Source of the DNA: Hemiscyllium ocellatum
Lineage: Eukaryota
Assembly: GCF_020745735.1 (NCBI RefSeq)
Contig: NC_083419.1
Location: forward strand, 41,810,085 to 41,874,084
Length of the DNA: 64,000 nucleotides
Reading direction: 5' to 3'
Made by a program: the position numbers and the translations under genes. How positions within the stretch are numbered: the stretch's first letter is position 1; the number at the start of each line of letters is the position of its first letter. The notes under the pieces are model-generated. The model was not told where the DNA came from, searched no databases, and worked only from the letters and a program-made list of their open reading frames with translations. Of this stretch, positions 25,901-38,400 are shown one piece after another.

Positions 25901-27292
25901 CCACTGGGAGCAGTAGCACGAAATTATTAAAATGAAAGTTAAATTTAAAACATGGTAAAGCTTAATTGTGAACACTTCACTAATCCCCTCCCTCTCTCCC
26001 TCACCTTTGGCATTGTTACATTGCCTGTAAAGGGCTTCGAATATAAATTAATCAATTGGAACATGAGTGATTTAGTGGTGGTAGTTAATAGATAAAGAAT
26101 ACCATGATTGATTTGGTGACAGGAATAAAACTATTTAGTTGTTATTGATATCATCTCTCGATATAAAAATAAGAAAAAAATTATACCCCAAGAGATCACA
26201 CTGAGGCCACAATCCATTCTTTTCTGGCCTGCCACATTCTTCACTGGCTTCTCAAATCTCGGGACTGCTGTTACCATATACACAACTACAAACTTTTTTA
26301 GCAAAGAATCAGCTGACCATTCTCTTAACTCCAACTGGTGTCTTTGACTAGTTTGTTCTTTCTGTTTTCAAACTGTCTTACCTTCTGAGAACTTATTGAA
26401 TTCTGCATTGTTGACATAGTGTTGTATGGATAATGGATACGCAAGGATTAATCTATCAGCTGAATGGAGGAGCTGATGAAGGGCTTATGCCTGCAACGTT
26501 GATTCTCCTGCTCCTCAAATGCTGCCTGACCTGCTGTGCTTTTCCAGCACCATGCTCTCAATTCTGACCTCCAGCATCTGCAGTCCTCACTTTCTCCTGA
26601 GTTGAGGAGCTGCCTATTCTGAAATATAACACAGCCACTGGATGGAGTAACAGGCAGTTGGGGCAGACAATAGTTGGTCACAGTCTACTAATGGATTGCA
26701 CGAGCCTTTTCCATCTCTCGTTAGTAGTAGTTAATATACCTCAGGGTTAATTTAATCATGTAACTTTGCTTTGTTAATAACAGATAGGTGACTCTTCTGC
26801 TGATACTTACATAAAATCATCCCATTGCTGACACTATTTTATAATACGATGTGATGATCAGGTATAAACCGCTGGTGGCTTGCGTTCGGTGCAGACTGCT
26901 ACCTCCTTCTTAAGCTTTTCTAAGTGGCTGTTTCAGTCACCTATGGTGGTAGACAGATTGAGTCTCTGCAGAAGAAGTAACTATCTTTTGATCAGTACCA
27001 GATCTGTATCAGAGCTTTTACATTTCAAAAAGGATATATATTTGCAAATATCTATCCAAATTGTTATAAGCAAATCCAGAGAAAATCACAGACAAATCCT
27101 GACAGCAGAAAAGCTATGCCTTAGAATACCAGACTTGAAACGTTAACTCTATCTCTCTCCACAGGTGCTGTTAGACCTGCTGAGTTTGTACAGTGTTCTC
27201 TGTGCATATAACAGATTATAAGAGTCAGCATCAAAGTTGTGATATAAGAACACCTTACAAGCAAAAACAATGGCCAGCTATGTTTGAAGAAT

Positions 27293-27485
27293 CTTCGAGG
27301 AGAAAGTGAGGACTGCAGATGCTGGAGATCAGAGCTGAAAATGTGTTGCTGGAAAAGCGCAGCAGGTCAGGCAGCATCCAAAGAGCAGGAGAAGGGCTCC
27401 TGAAGAAGGGCTCATGCCCAAAACGTCGATTATCCTGCTCCTTGGATGCTGCCTGACCTGCTGCGCTTTTCCAGCAACACATTTT
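27293..27485. mobile_element. Short fold-back PLE-derived insert
   Basis: Inverted tail copies around CTGAAGA-AGGGCTCATGCCC-AAAAC-GTC. 18-bp TSD CAGCTATGTTTGAAGAAT at 27275-27292 / 27486-27503. Confidence 0.85.
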
Positions 27486-27984
27486 CAGCTATGTTTGAAG
27501 AATGTCACTTTAAGACTGGCCATTTCCAAAAATATATGTCGACGTCAAAAATTGTTTGTGAACAGTAGCAATATGACTGAACATCACTGGAAGAAATATC
27601 CTTGTCTGATGGTAGCTCTCCTTTTGAGAAAATTCCAGAGGCCTTCATCAGAGAAATTGGTAATTCATCAGAAACGGATATGACCAAACATTTTTATGTC
27701 ATGGGCATCTCACTTGAGTTAGGCTTGCCACAGGAGCAAGTGTCACTTTCTTAGACAACCAAATATCTTCCTTAAAATGCACAAAATTACTGTTGGCCAA
27801 TCTAGAGATATATGGTGCAGATGGAATGTCAACTAATATTAAGGAAATGTTAGAGGTATCATGACAACATTAAGAATACCAGATGTTCAAGAATGTGGAT
27901 GGCATCTAGAACCAACAAACCTCACTCTTGAGTAAAGAAGCACTCAACATCCTGCAATTTGTGAAAGTTGGTCTGAAGCTTAGA

Positions 27985-28340
27985 CTCAGAGTCATACAGC
28001 ATAGAAACATCAACTCATCTGTGCCGATCAGACATCCCAATCTCACCTAGTGCTTCTGCCAGCATTTGACCCATATCCCTCTAAACCCTTCCTGTTCATT
28101 TACCTATTCAGATGTCTTCTAAATGTTGTAATTGTATCAGACTCCGCCACTTCTTCTGGCAACTCATTTCATACACGCACCACCCTTTGCATGAAAAGGT
28201 TCCCATCATGTCATTTTTAAATTTTTACCCTCTCACCTTGAACCTATGCCCTCTAGTTTTGGACACTCCAACCTTAGGGAAAAGACCTTGACTCTACACC
28301 TTATCCATGCTCCTCTTGATTTTACAAACCTCCAACAAGT
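27985..28340 (-). mobile_element. CR1 3'-end fragment nested in the LTR element
   Basis: Matches the reverse complement of the CR1 3' ends at 25.6-25.9 kb and 54.7-55.05 kb. Confidence 0.85.
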
Positions 28341-29114
28341 CACTCAATACTAGCCACTAACCTCAGCAAACACAACCAACAAAACAGAAGACTTATAGAC
28401 TTCCCAAGATTAATGGCTGAATCTCAGAAGAAGCTTCAACCAATGGAAATATATTTTACTGGAGTTTGAGAACTATTTCACACTATCATGGGAGAAGTTC
28501 AGAATTCATGGACTACAGGAAGTTTTTCCATCCCTGTTACTATTAAACTTTTTCAAATGATAACCATCAGCATGTATGGGAATAACCAAACAGTGAAACG
28601 GAACATACAATCAACCTATGATCATTGGTGAAATTTTAAGTTATCAATTGTAACAGCACAGTATGTGCAACACTCAGGGGTGGCATAACACAATCATTAC
28701 CTTTGACGGCATGAGTGCAGAAATAATCTAATCCAAGCAAGAACACATAGCCTGACAGAAGACATTCAACACAGCCACTGGCTTGAGAAAGTTTAGTCAC
28801 ATGGCCAGTACGTGGTAAAAAAGATGAAACTACTTCTTTCATCAGCTGTCTTCCATGATGAACGTTTATGGAATCAAAGGTCATCCAGTGAAGGTGATGG
28901 ACTACCACCAACATCATCAGTAATCAACCAAGTGCTCCGTGAAAGATATCCATGAGATAAAGGATCCTTCAGAGCAGAAATAATCTAAAGATCAATATCA
29001 AGATCAACCACCCTCAAACTAATAGTTTACCAGTGTGGATGCTTCATATCTAATGAATTATATTCTGGAAGAATTGTCCAAACACCAGTTTGTTTAAATT
29101 TGTGAATCAAAGAA

Positions 29115-29420
29115 GTCCTATAGCGCAGACACAGGCCAGTCAGCCCACTGAATCCACACCAATCCTCCAACGAGCATCCCACCCAGATCCACACCTCCAC
29201 CCTATCCCCATATTTCCCATGGGTAGCCCATCTGACCTGCAAATCCCTGAACACTATGGGGTAATTGAGCATGGCCAACCTATCCTAACCTGCACATCTT
29301 TGGACTGTTGGAGGAAACTCTAGCACTGGCAGAAACCCATGCAGACACGGGGAGTATGTGTAACCTCAACACAGATAGTTGCCCAAGGTCGGGATCAATC
29401 CGGGTCCCTGTGTCACCCAT
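29115..29420 (-). mobile_element. HE1-type V-SINE nested in the LTR element
   Basis: Reverse-complement match to the V-SINE core and tail. Confidence 0.85.
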
Positions 29421-29744
29421 GTGAAGTCAGAGAAGAAAAGAAGTCATGATAACTGGAATGCAGTGGCTTATACAATTGTTTCATAAGTTAATTAAGAGAG
29501 AAATAGTTTGGAAGGAAATGTTATATAAAGGTAATGGATACAAAAGGATCAACCTATAAGCTAACTTGAAGTCCACCCATTCAGGTATTTAACACACACT
29601 GATGGGAATATTTGTCAATTCAGGCAGATAATAGTTGGTCACAGTCTCCTCATGAAGTCATGTGTCTTCTTTACCTTTCACTGATAATAGTCAAATGCCT
29701 TAGCATTAGTGTGGTCTGCACATAGTTACTAGGATATAATATGA

Positions 29745-30375
29745 TGAGGAGGTGCCGGTGTTGGACTGGGGTGGAACAAAGTTAAAAATCACACAGCACC
29801 AGCTTATAGTACAATAGGCTTATTTGGAAGTAACAAGCTTTTGCAGCACTGCTCCTTCGTCAAGTAGCTAATGGAGCAGGATCAAAAGACACAGAATTTA
29901 TATCACAAGATCATAGTGTCATGCAACTGATACGATTTATTGATCAGAACTAGATTGCTGTTAAATCTTTCATCTTTTAGAATGGATTGCAGGTTTCAAT
30001 TCATTAATATGTAAATCCCAGAACTTCTCTCAAGTCACATTCCTGAGATAACTTGAGGTTTTATTTAAAAAAAAAGCTACATCTCAGCTCAGACAATGTA
30101 TTAAAGGTGTGAGGATAGAGTCTATCTGTATTCCAATTTTGAATCAGACTGGTTCTATTTCCAAAGTAGGAATTTATAAAATGTCACATGGCTGACTATC
30201 TACAGATTGTGTGCTTTTAAAATAGAATGTATCTGTAAATAATTCTGCAAAAGCAAATTCACCCCATAGACTTATATGTGTGTGTGCGTGCATGTGAGGG
30301 AAAGAAAGAGAGAGAGAGAGAGACTGTGTGTGTGAAGGAGAGAGGGCGAGTGTGAGTCTGTGTGTACATGTGAGC
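29745..30375 (-). mobile_element. Probable PLE-derived repeat (fourth family) inserted into an LTR
   Basis: Degenerate hammerhead-like TTGACGA-AGGAGCAGTGCTGC-AAAAG on the minus strand near 29835-29865, plus an internal GA/GT low-complexity tract. It interrupts LTR homology that resumes near 30400. Confidence 0.55.
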
Positions 30376-30909
30376 ATGGAAGCCTTGTCTTGTACTGAAA
30401 GGTAGGTGATTCTTTTGCTGATACTTACAGTCCATTCTCCACCATAGAGTACTGAACAGCCCAATTGACTCATAAACGAAGATAGATTTGTGCTAGCACT
30501 ATACAATAAGCTGCCAGTAATTAGTTTCACATTACATTATGACATGGTGTAAGGTATTTACTAACTTACACTGGGTAGTTTCACAGGGTTTCCTACCTTT
30601 CCTGTTCTTTGCTAATTATCTGGTGATATTCCATTGACTTGATTTCCCTCACCACTTAGCAACATGACAGTGCTGTTGTTGAGTGTCCTACTTTCCAACT
30701 CTCATCCCTAAGGGTTTGCTCCAGAGCTTCAATGCTATCCTGGCCTAACCCAAAACAGACAATGTTTGATCCCTGCACCCTTTTGGTTTTACTTTTATGC
30801 TCAATTCTGACAACGGTTTCTCTCACATTTGAATTCACTCAAATGCCGTTTTTAATAGATTTCTTAATTAAGATACAGCCCTTTTATGATTTTGTTCAGT
30901 GATCACTGA

Positions 30910-31195
30910 ATTCTCACAGTGTGAAAGCATTTGGCCCTTTGAGTCCACACCACCCCTCTGCAGAGCATCCACCCGAGACCCACCTGCCTATTGTATCCCT
31001 TTAACACTGCATTTCCCATGGCCAATCAACCTAGCCTGTACATCTTTGAACAGTGGGAGGAAACCGGAGCACCCGGAGGAAACCCATGCAGACACGGGGA
31101 GAATGTGCAAACTCCACATACAGTCACCCGAGGGTGGAATGGAACTCGGGTCCCTGGCACTTTGAGGCAACAGTACTAATCACTAAGCCACTGTG
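30910..31195 (-). mobile_element. HE1-type V-SINE
   Basis: Reverse-complement match to 60530-60850. Confidence 0.88.
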
Positions 31196-33819
31196 AGCGG
31201 TTTTACATTGGTGCAGAAATTAACTTTGGAGCACAATGTAAAAAGGTTCCTAATTTTAAATTTTAATACCTGATATATTTTGAACCAAGAGCCTTGGGAC
31301 ATGATGATGTGCAACATTAAAACCCTCCTGTAACTGTCAGCAAGTCTCCTCGTATCAAATTCACTTACAACAGCTGTTAACTTAATCCTATTCAGTAAAA
31401 CTAGCATTTCATATGAAATTTTAATGTACTGTCACAATATATTGTGCACATTGGATGGGTCACTAGATTTACTTTCTTCAACAAAACAATAGTTGAATTA
31501 GAGAATGTGTCATCCTTCTAACCCAATGCATAAGCTCAGTAATAAGCAGGGTCGACATATTGCTACGCTGCATTCATTGGGGCCTGCAAACTAACCATTT
31601 TCCAATCAAATTAAAAAGATCCCATTCAAAACAAATGGTGCAGCCAAAATTACTGTGCAAATATGGGATTTAGGAAATGATACTCATTTCTTAAATATTT
31701 CCATCCTCATTCAGTTACTGCATCAATCCCTTAGTGAAATCATAGTTATACAGCCCACGCCTCTGTTTTTACAATATCATTCTTTGTCCCCCAAAATAGG
31801 GTTTATATGCATGGCACCTCCTCCTGGTAGAAATGTGGGAACATTGCAACAATAGACATGAGGCTGATTTTTAGGTCATAAGAGGAATGGAGGGAGAAAC
31901 AGGAGGGCTTTCCTGCGCTAAAAGTTGGAAAATGAACGGTGACCTGAGATAGTATAGGGTGTAATCAGTGCATAATGGTTGAATCTAGAAAGTTACCATT
32001 AGATTTCAAGCTTCCTCTCAATATCTTCAAATCATCTTTACAGTAAAATGCAGTTTCTATAAGGAAACCTATGTCTCCCAGAAGCATAAACATACAATTG
32101 TTTGACTTGTTTCCCAGGTCAAACATCTATTCGTTTGCACAGTTTTCAGCAGAGACACGAAGAGTTTTCCACAACATAGTGCCTGCCCCAAAACAGAGAG
32201 AACACTTGGCTGCTTGGCCATAGTGTTGAAGCTATGATGTGTACTCCAATTACTCCACATAACAGGAACAAATAAGGCAGCAGCCACTTATTTTCCAACA
32301 GCTAATACCCAATAAAGTCTATCCAGGTGGAAACTTTGCCATCTACATCATCATTTTCTTGACACAATAGCAGATGTCATCAGGATCCTTCAGTCATCTT
32401 CCTGCCATCAAATCTGAAGCTGTAAACTGAAGAATTAACTGATGTCCATTTGGTACAAATGTTCTTCGGAATCTCAGCAACTAAGGTCACAAGTACGGAT
32501 TTATTAGTTTTTGTTGTTGTTTGTTTACTGGTTTGATATTCTTACTTTTTCTACTGTTCCTGAGAATAGCAAGTGCTGTAACCTGCAAGGCTATGCACCA
32601 GGTGCTGGAAAGCAGGATTAGAATCGGTAGTTAGTTTGTTTTTCACCTGTCGCCAACATGATGGGCTGAGTGGCTTGCTCTGGTCCTAAGGTAATCAATA
32701 CTTTAAACAGGTGCATTTTAAAGACAATATGCTTTGTATTCAGAAGCATTAGCCCTTTAACAGTGTTTAGTGTGATAGTGAAGAAGGTCATCACTTAATT
32801 ACAGTTCATTTGACCTGCTCATGATTACTGTGGTGTAATTAAAACGCACGTTCTATTTTCCCCTGAGAATAATGTATCAGAAAATAATTTAGTGTGTAAA
32901 GACAATACAGCAAAATGTAAACATGGGTACCAGCTGTTGGGAAAAATAGTCTTGTGTATTACCAGTCCAATGGTTTACAAGACCAAATGCATCTTTTAAA
33001 ATATTTTCAATTTGCTAGCCTTTTTCCTCTTCTAAAAGGGTACTTTCATGTAAAATAATTCAACATGTTTTGGTAATTTAGTTTCCACATTATGGGGTAT
33101 TGAAATTCATCTTCAAGTTATTAATATGAATTTTGAAATGAATCTTGTTTTTTTTGGCTAACATTTATTTTTATGAAGATGGGGTCCTCCTAGGTCTCCA
33201 TCTGCCCCTCCCAGGCCTCCAGCAGAGCTGCTGGATGTTATATGAGAGCAGATCTGCTTGGAAAATATTCTAATTCATCCATAACCCTTGTGTATATCAT
33301 GCTGCTAAAAACAGTTATGTTGTATTAGCATCAAGCATTCACAAATCAGATCCAACTTATCAGATGCAGTGTAAACAAAGAATGCCCATTCTGTACCCAG
33401 AGTGCATGGTAGGAGTATTTCAATGTTGGCTTCTGTCAGTGGTCAATTTGGGTTTTCCACCGATGAGGAGAACCCAATTGATCTGGTGATTCTGACGGAG
33501 AGAATATCCTCAGAGAATTGTACATTGATTGAACTCGGAAGGAAGCTGTTCAGTTCATCATGCTTGAGGCTGACAGACTATAACTGATATTACATTCACT
33601 CTGCCAAGTTGGCTCAGTGCCAGTCAGTGCTGAAGTTTGTCTTCATTTAGATGCACCAGTATCGTCCTCCTTGTGCTCCTAGTTAGTGTTGTTTTAACAG
33701 TGTGAGTTTGTAAGCATACACTGTAATAAGAAGGAAACACAAAACAAAAGCAACTATTGGTGCCTGCATTTACATATACACTAAATATTTTGCTTATAAA
33801 ATGAACCTATTAAAAATAC

Positions 33820-35560
33820 AAGAGGATAGGACCAGAACAGGTTATTCAGTCCATCATTCACAGATTTTTCAGCTTATGCAACTTCAGGTACAGGTATCTT
33901 TCACACAAGTTCAGGGTTTCTGCCTCCACCATCAAAATCAGGCAGTACATTCTCCTCATGTCCCACCCAATCACCTTACAGCTGTGCCCCCTGGTAACGG
34001 ACCTCTCCACTGGAGGAAACAAGTTTTCCCTGCCCACTCTAACCATGCCCATTTTTATTTTGTACACTCTAACTAAATCAAATCTCAGCCGCCTCTGGTC
34101 GAGGGAAACAATCCTTGCCTATGCAATCTGTTCTCACAGCTGTAACTTTCAAGTCCTGGCAACACTGGTGTAAAACTCCTCTGTATTCAAAGCAATTACT
34201 TCCTTCCTGTAATGGAGTGACAAGACCTGTATACAAAATTCCAGTTGTGGCCTAACCATCATTTTATGCAGTTCCAGCATCCCATCCCCGTTTTACATTG
34301 TATACCTCATCCAAAAAAAGGGAAGTATCCCACACATTTTATTTGCTAGTTTATCTACCTGTGCTGACACCTTCAGGAACCTGTGAGTATGCACTGCAAG
34401 GTCTCACACTTCCTTTACCATTCTCAATATCATCCCATTTACTGTACTTTCATCTGCTTTGTTTCGCCCACCAAATTCATTATTAAACACCTCACCTGAC
34501 TGAATTCAATTCGTCACTTGTCCATTCACTCAACCAAAATGTTAACATAATTCTGGAGTCAACAGATACCTTCTTCACCATCAACAGACCAACTTTTGTA
34601 TCACCTGTGAAGTTCCCAAACATGCCTCCCACATTTATGACTTAAAAATTAATTTACAACTAATAGCAAACTTTGAGCCCTGGGGAACACTACAGAAAAC
34701 AGTTTTCCATTATCCTTAGTGTTTGTTGCCAACTCACGACATTCTCCTGCATACCTGGGCTTTCATTGTTTCTGACCAGTCTGCCATTTAGGGCCTTGTC
34801 AAATGACTTATTAAAATCCATGCAGACAACATCCACTGTATCATCCTCAATTGTACCTATTGATTCGTCAAGGAATTCAACTCAGTTAGTAAGACATGAC
34901 TATCCATTAACAAAACTATGGTTAGGCCACAGCTTGAACTTTGCGATCAACTCTTGTCACCGTATGAAGGAAGGAAATAATTGCTTTGACTACAGAAGGG
35001 ATTTACACCAGTGTTGCCAGGAATTGAATATTACAGCCATGAGGACATGCCCACAGGTCCCTGAAGGTATCAGCACTGGTAAATTTATTAATCCATACCA
35101 TACAAATTGGCAGTTCATCCTTGTCTGTCAGAATTGATCTAATAATTTGCCTGCCACTGAAGTTAGACTGACTGGTCTGTAATTATTTGGTGTATCCCTC
35201 ACACCCTTTTTAACCAGGCCTCCAAATCCCTGTACCTGACCTATAATGGGTGGGGATTGAAAAATTATCCTCAGAGCAGACGTAAATTCCTCACAGACAT
35301 CTTCAACAGCCTGGGACACAATGCATCCAGCCCTGGTGATTTACCCAACTTCAAAGATATTAGTCCCTCTAGTATTTCTTCTTGCATTATGCTTATTGTA
35401 GCTTATGCTTGTCCTCCTCATCCACTGGAATGTTTGTCATTCTTTGTAAAAACAGAGACAAAATATTCATGAAGAGCCCTGTCCACATCTTCTGCACAAG
35501 TTACCTTATATATTCTGATAAGCAGTACCCTTCCTTATTTATCCTTTTAATACACTGATC
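33820..35560 (-). mobile_element. Old CR1-type LINE fragment
   Basis: NYRPVSLTSVAGKLL RT-proximal motif (ORF 35128-35319) and decayed 3' coding sequence. Confidence 0.8.
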
Positions 35561-36724
35561 TTTGAGTTTTCTTGGATTTTATCTGCCAATATTTTAAATC
35601 CTCTCTTTCCCTTTTTATTACGCCTCACTGTGGTAGTACGCTGGAAATTAAGGCCTGCTATTCCTGGAATCATTACAAAAATTAAAGATTTTATAAAAGT
35701 AGACAGAATTCACCACCTTACCAGTCTTTTACACCCAGATGACGGCAAGCACAGATATACTTCTGTACTTTAAAATGCAGTACTATTTATTACAGGTAAA
35801 TAGAATCCAGCTTTAAAACCAACAATTATGAACTGTCAGCATTGAACTCTTAATTAAAGCTCTAGTACCCTTTTAAAATTCTCCCTACACAGTACACAGA
35901 CAAAAAATGTGTCATAAGCAGAGGGAAAGGCTGGAAAGGTAGTTCAATTGTCCCTGTCTACAGGGTTTGCTCAGGTAGTCCTTTTGCCTTGTCAGAAGCT
36001 GCTGTGCCTCATTAATATTAAATATAATTTGTTTTGACAAGTGGTAGGAATGTTAAACTTACTCCTACAGCAGGTATTCGAGGCGAATAATGTAAAATGT
36101 TTTTAAAAAAATTTAGATAAGCGCATGGGCAAGAAAGAATAAAGGTTTGCTGCTAGAGTGAAATGTTGTAGGGTAGGAAGATATAGCAGCATAGAATAGT
36201 AGGGCTTCATGGTCTATTTCTGTTTTAAACTAAACAGTTCTATGTCCCGCAATGTAATATTGGGATTCAATATTTTCTCACTTCAACATATTATTTAATC
36301 TATTAATTTTAAGCTGCATACAGTCAGCATGGAGAGGAACATGACTGACATTCCACAAGATCCAGTGATCAATAATGAAATGAGGGAGTAACTACTACAC
36401 AATCCCAGATGTACCACTAACAATAGCTCAGGTTTTGGATTACAGGAAATGCATTAGTTTGTTCATAGAAACCACCCATTTGCTTTTAGACGGAAATAGT
36501 GCAAAAAACAAATGTTCAGAAATCAAAGTTAATTATCTCCAAGTAGCTTTCTGCTCACAGCCCATTTTTAAATGGGACAAATATTAAATATACCTTCGAC
36601 ATGAAAAAAACTGGTGTCTAGTTTAAACATATAGCATGGTGTGCAACACATAGTTAAAGAAATATAAGTGTGTACATTAAAAGCAGTGTTCCTCTGATTA
36701 GGTTTTTAGCCAGACATTTTTGTA

Positions 36725-36730
36725 TTTATT
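36725..36730 (-). terminator. Candidate polyadenylation signal (AATAAA) for MCAT
   Basis: AATAAA on the minus strand about 310 nt downstream of the MCAT stop. Further candidates exist downstream, so usage is unproven. Confidence 0.45.
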
Positions 36731-37038
36731 TTGTTTAGATCATCTAAGAGATTTTATGATCTAACATTCCTTCTCCACTTCTGACAGACAATATAACTCC
36801 TTGTGCATTCAAATTCTTCATATCACCTTCAGCACAGTTGACAACTCACAGATCACTCTGTGCATTTTTTGTCTCAATAAAGTCATTAAGTCCACGACTT
36901 AGCTGCAAAAAACAATTTCTACCAGTTCAAGTTGTACAAATTGCTTTCAACTTGATGGAACTTTAACATACCAGCCAAAAGTGAAATTAACCGCAAGTAA
37001 AATTATTCTTTTACCAGTCTTTCTGCACAGAAGATACT

Positions 37039-37461
37039 TCATTCTTCCTCAGTCTCATCCTTTAATTTCACATCAATATGTCGATAGAACCTCCAAGCCT
37101 TCAGGTTGCAGTTTTTCAACATTGTCCCAAGCTGGGTCCCTGGGCCGACCTCATATGTATCTGGAAAATCAATCCCTTGTTCTCGTTCATACATAGCATG
37201 CATAGTTTGTTCCCATTTTACAGGCATCACCAGCTGTTTCACCAACAGTTGCCGAATATGTTTACTGTTCACGTATTTTTTGGCATCCACATTGGAATAG
37301 ACAGATATCAGTGGTTTCTCAATGTTGATTCCCTTCAAGATATCATGGAGTGGCTGAGTTGCTGATGTCATGAGGCGAGTGTGGAAGGCACCGCTGACTG
37401 GTAGCAGTTTAGTTCGCAGAAAGTGGAACTTACGGCAGTTCTGCTGCAAATATTTGAGAGC
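37039..37461 (-). CDS. MCAT: MCAT coding exon 4 (last), including stop codon
   Basis: ALKYLQQ...LPVSGAFHTRLM (catalytic His motif)...VYSNVD...PVKWEQTM...YEVGPG...TEEE*. Acceptor ttttgacacag|. Spliced CDS is 456+88+218+423=1185 nt, or 394 aa plus stop. Confidence 0.97.
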   Translation of the reverse strand, partial: ALKYLQQNCRKFHFLRTKLLPVSGAFHTRLMTSATQPLHDILKGINIEKPLISVYSNVDAKKYVNSKHIRQLLVKQLVMPVKWEQTMHAMYEREQGIDFPDTYEVGPGTQLGTMLKNCNLKAWRFYRHIDVKLKDETEEE

Positions 37462-38279
37462 CTGTGTCAAAAGAAAAGTACTTTTTGAATCTCATCATTG
37501 CAGTTACTTCACCCAGAATGTATTTTTTACTGACCATGAAAGTGGTGATGAAGATCAATATCACGGAAAGTTGGTTTGTCATTTGTGAATAAATCCTAGA
37601 TTGTTAAAAGTAGCAAAGATGAAAATAACAGAAGTAAAAGTCACAATCTTTCAATCCTCTTTGCGAGAAGGTTCAGAGCAGGAAGCGGGAAGGATTATTT
37701 TAAATCACTATCAAAGAAAAGGAAGCAGGATTAAACAAGGAGAAAAAGATTGTCTATGGAGGAGGAATAGAAATTACAGCTGAGCACTGCCCCCACTCAA
37801 TCTAATGTTCGTAAATAAACTTTCAATTGGCAGTCACTGGATGTCCAGCAATCATAAGAACCAAGAGTAGTTTTCCTCTTTCACTCATCATGGTCAAGAT
37901 AAAATAACTCAACACTGGTTGCAGGCTGAAAATGGGAGTTTTCAGCTCTCAATGACTTGCCTGTTTGCACTGCTTGAGGTAAACTTAAAAAAAATCACAT
38001 TAAACATCAAAACATTGAGTGTTGTGAGTGAGTTGAAATCCTGTAGTACACGTGAAGTGTAATAATATCAGAAAACCAAATACTGATGTTAATTCTGAAG
38101 CGATCTAGTCATCCTGGTAAAATGCAGGGTAGATTATTTTATATTTTGAAGCAGAGATCTGAAAAACCACGATTACAGAGATCACTGAGAGGCTGGACTT
38201 TAATGCACCTCCTTGGCTGGGTTTAAAGGTAGAGGGAAAAACCTAAAATTTAGGCGATGGCCTTGCAGCCACTTTCCTA

Positions 38280-38400
38280 CCACCCCCCTCCCCCACCCCC
38301 CCCAACCCCACCCCCCCCACCCCACCCCCCCCAACCCCCCCCAAACCCCACCCCCCCCACCCACCCCCCCAACCCCTCCCCCACCCCGCCCCAACCCCCG
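38280..38400. repeat. C-rich low-complexity tract (G-runs on the MCAT sense strand)
   Basis: About 120 nt of C3-C8 runs separated by 1-3 nt spacers. Confidence 0.95.

Larger units (their letters stand above)
26420..30545 (+). mobile_element. Ancient, internally deleted Gypsy-like LTR retrotransposon with nested insertions (right end approximate)
   Basis: Two diverged LTR-like direct repeats start TGTT at 26420 and 29519 and share TAATGGATAC..AAGGAT, GGCAGA.AATAGTTGGTCACAGTCT and TAGGTGA.TCTT.TGCTGATACTTACA. A purine-rich tract precedes 29519. Protease-like frame VRLATGASVTFL...LEIYGADG starts at 27718. Confidence 0.65.

Noticed and set aside
34673-35137. 154-aa plus-strand ORF
   Set aside because: It lies antisense within decayed CR1 sequence and shows no domain features.
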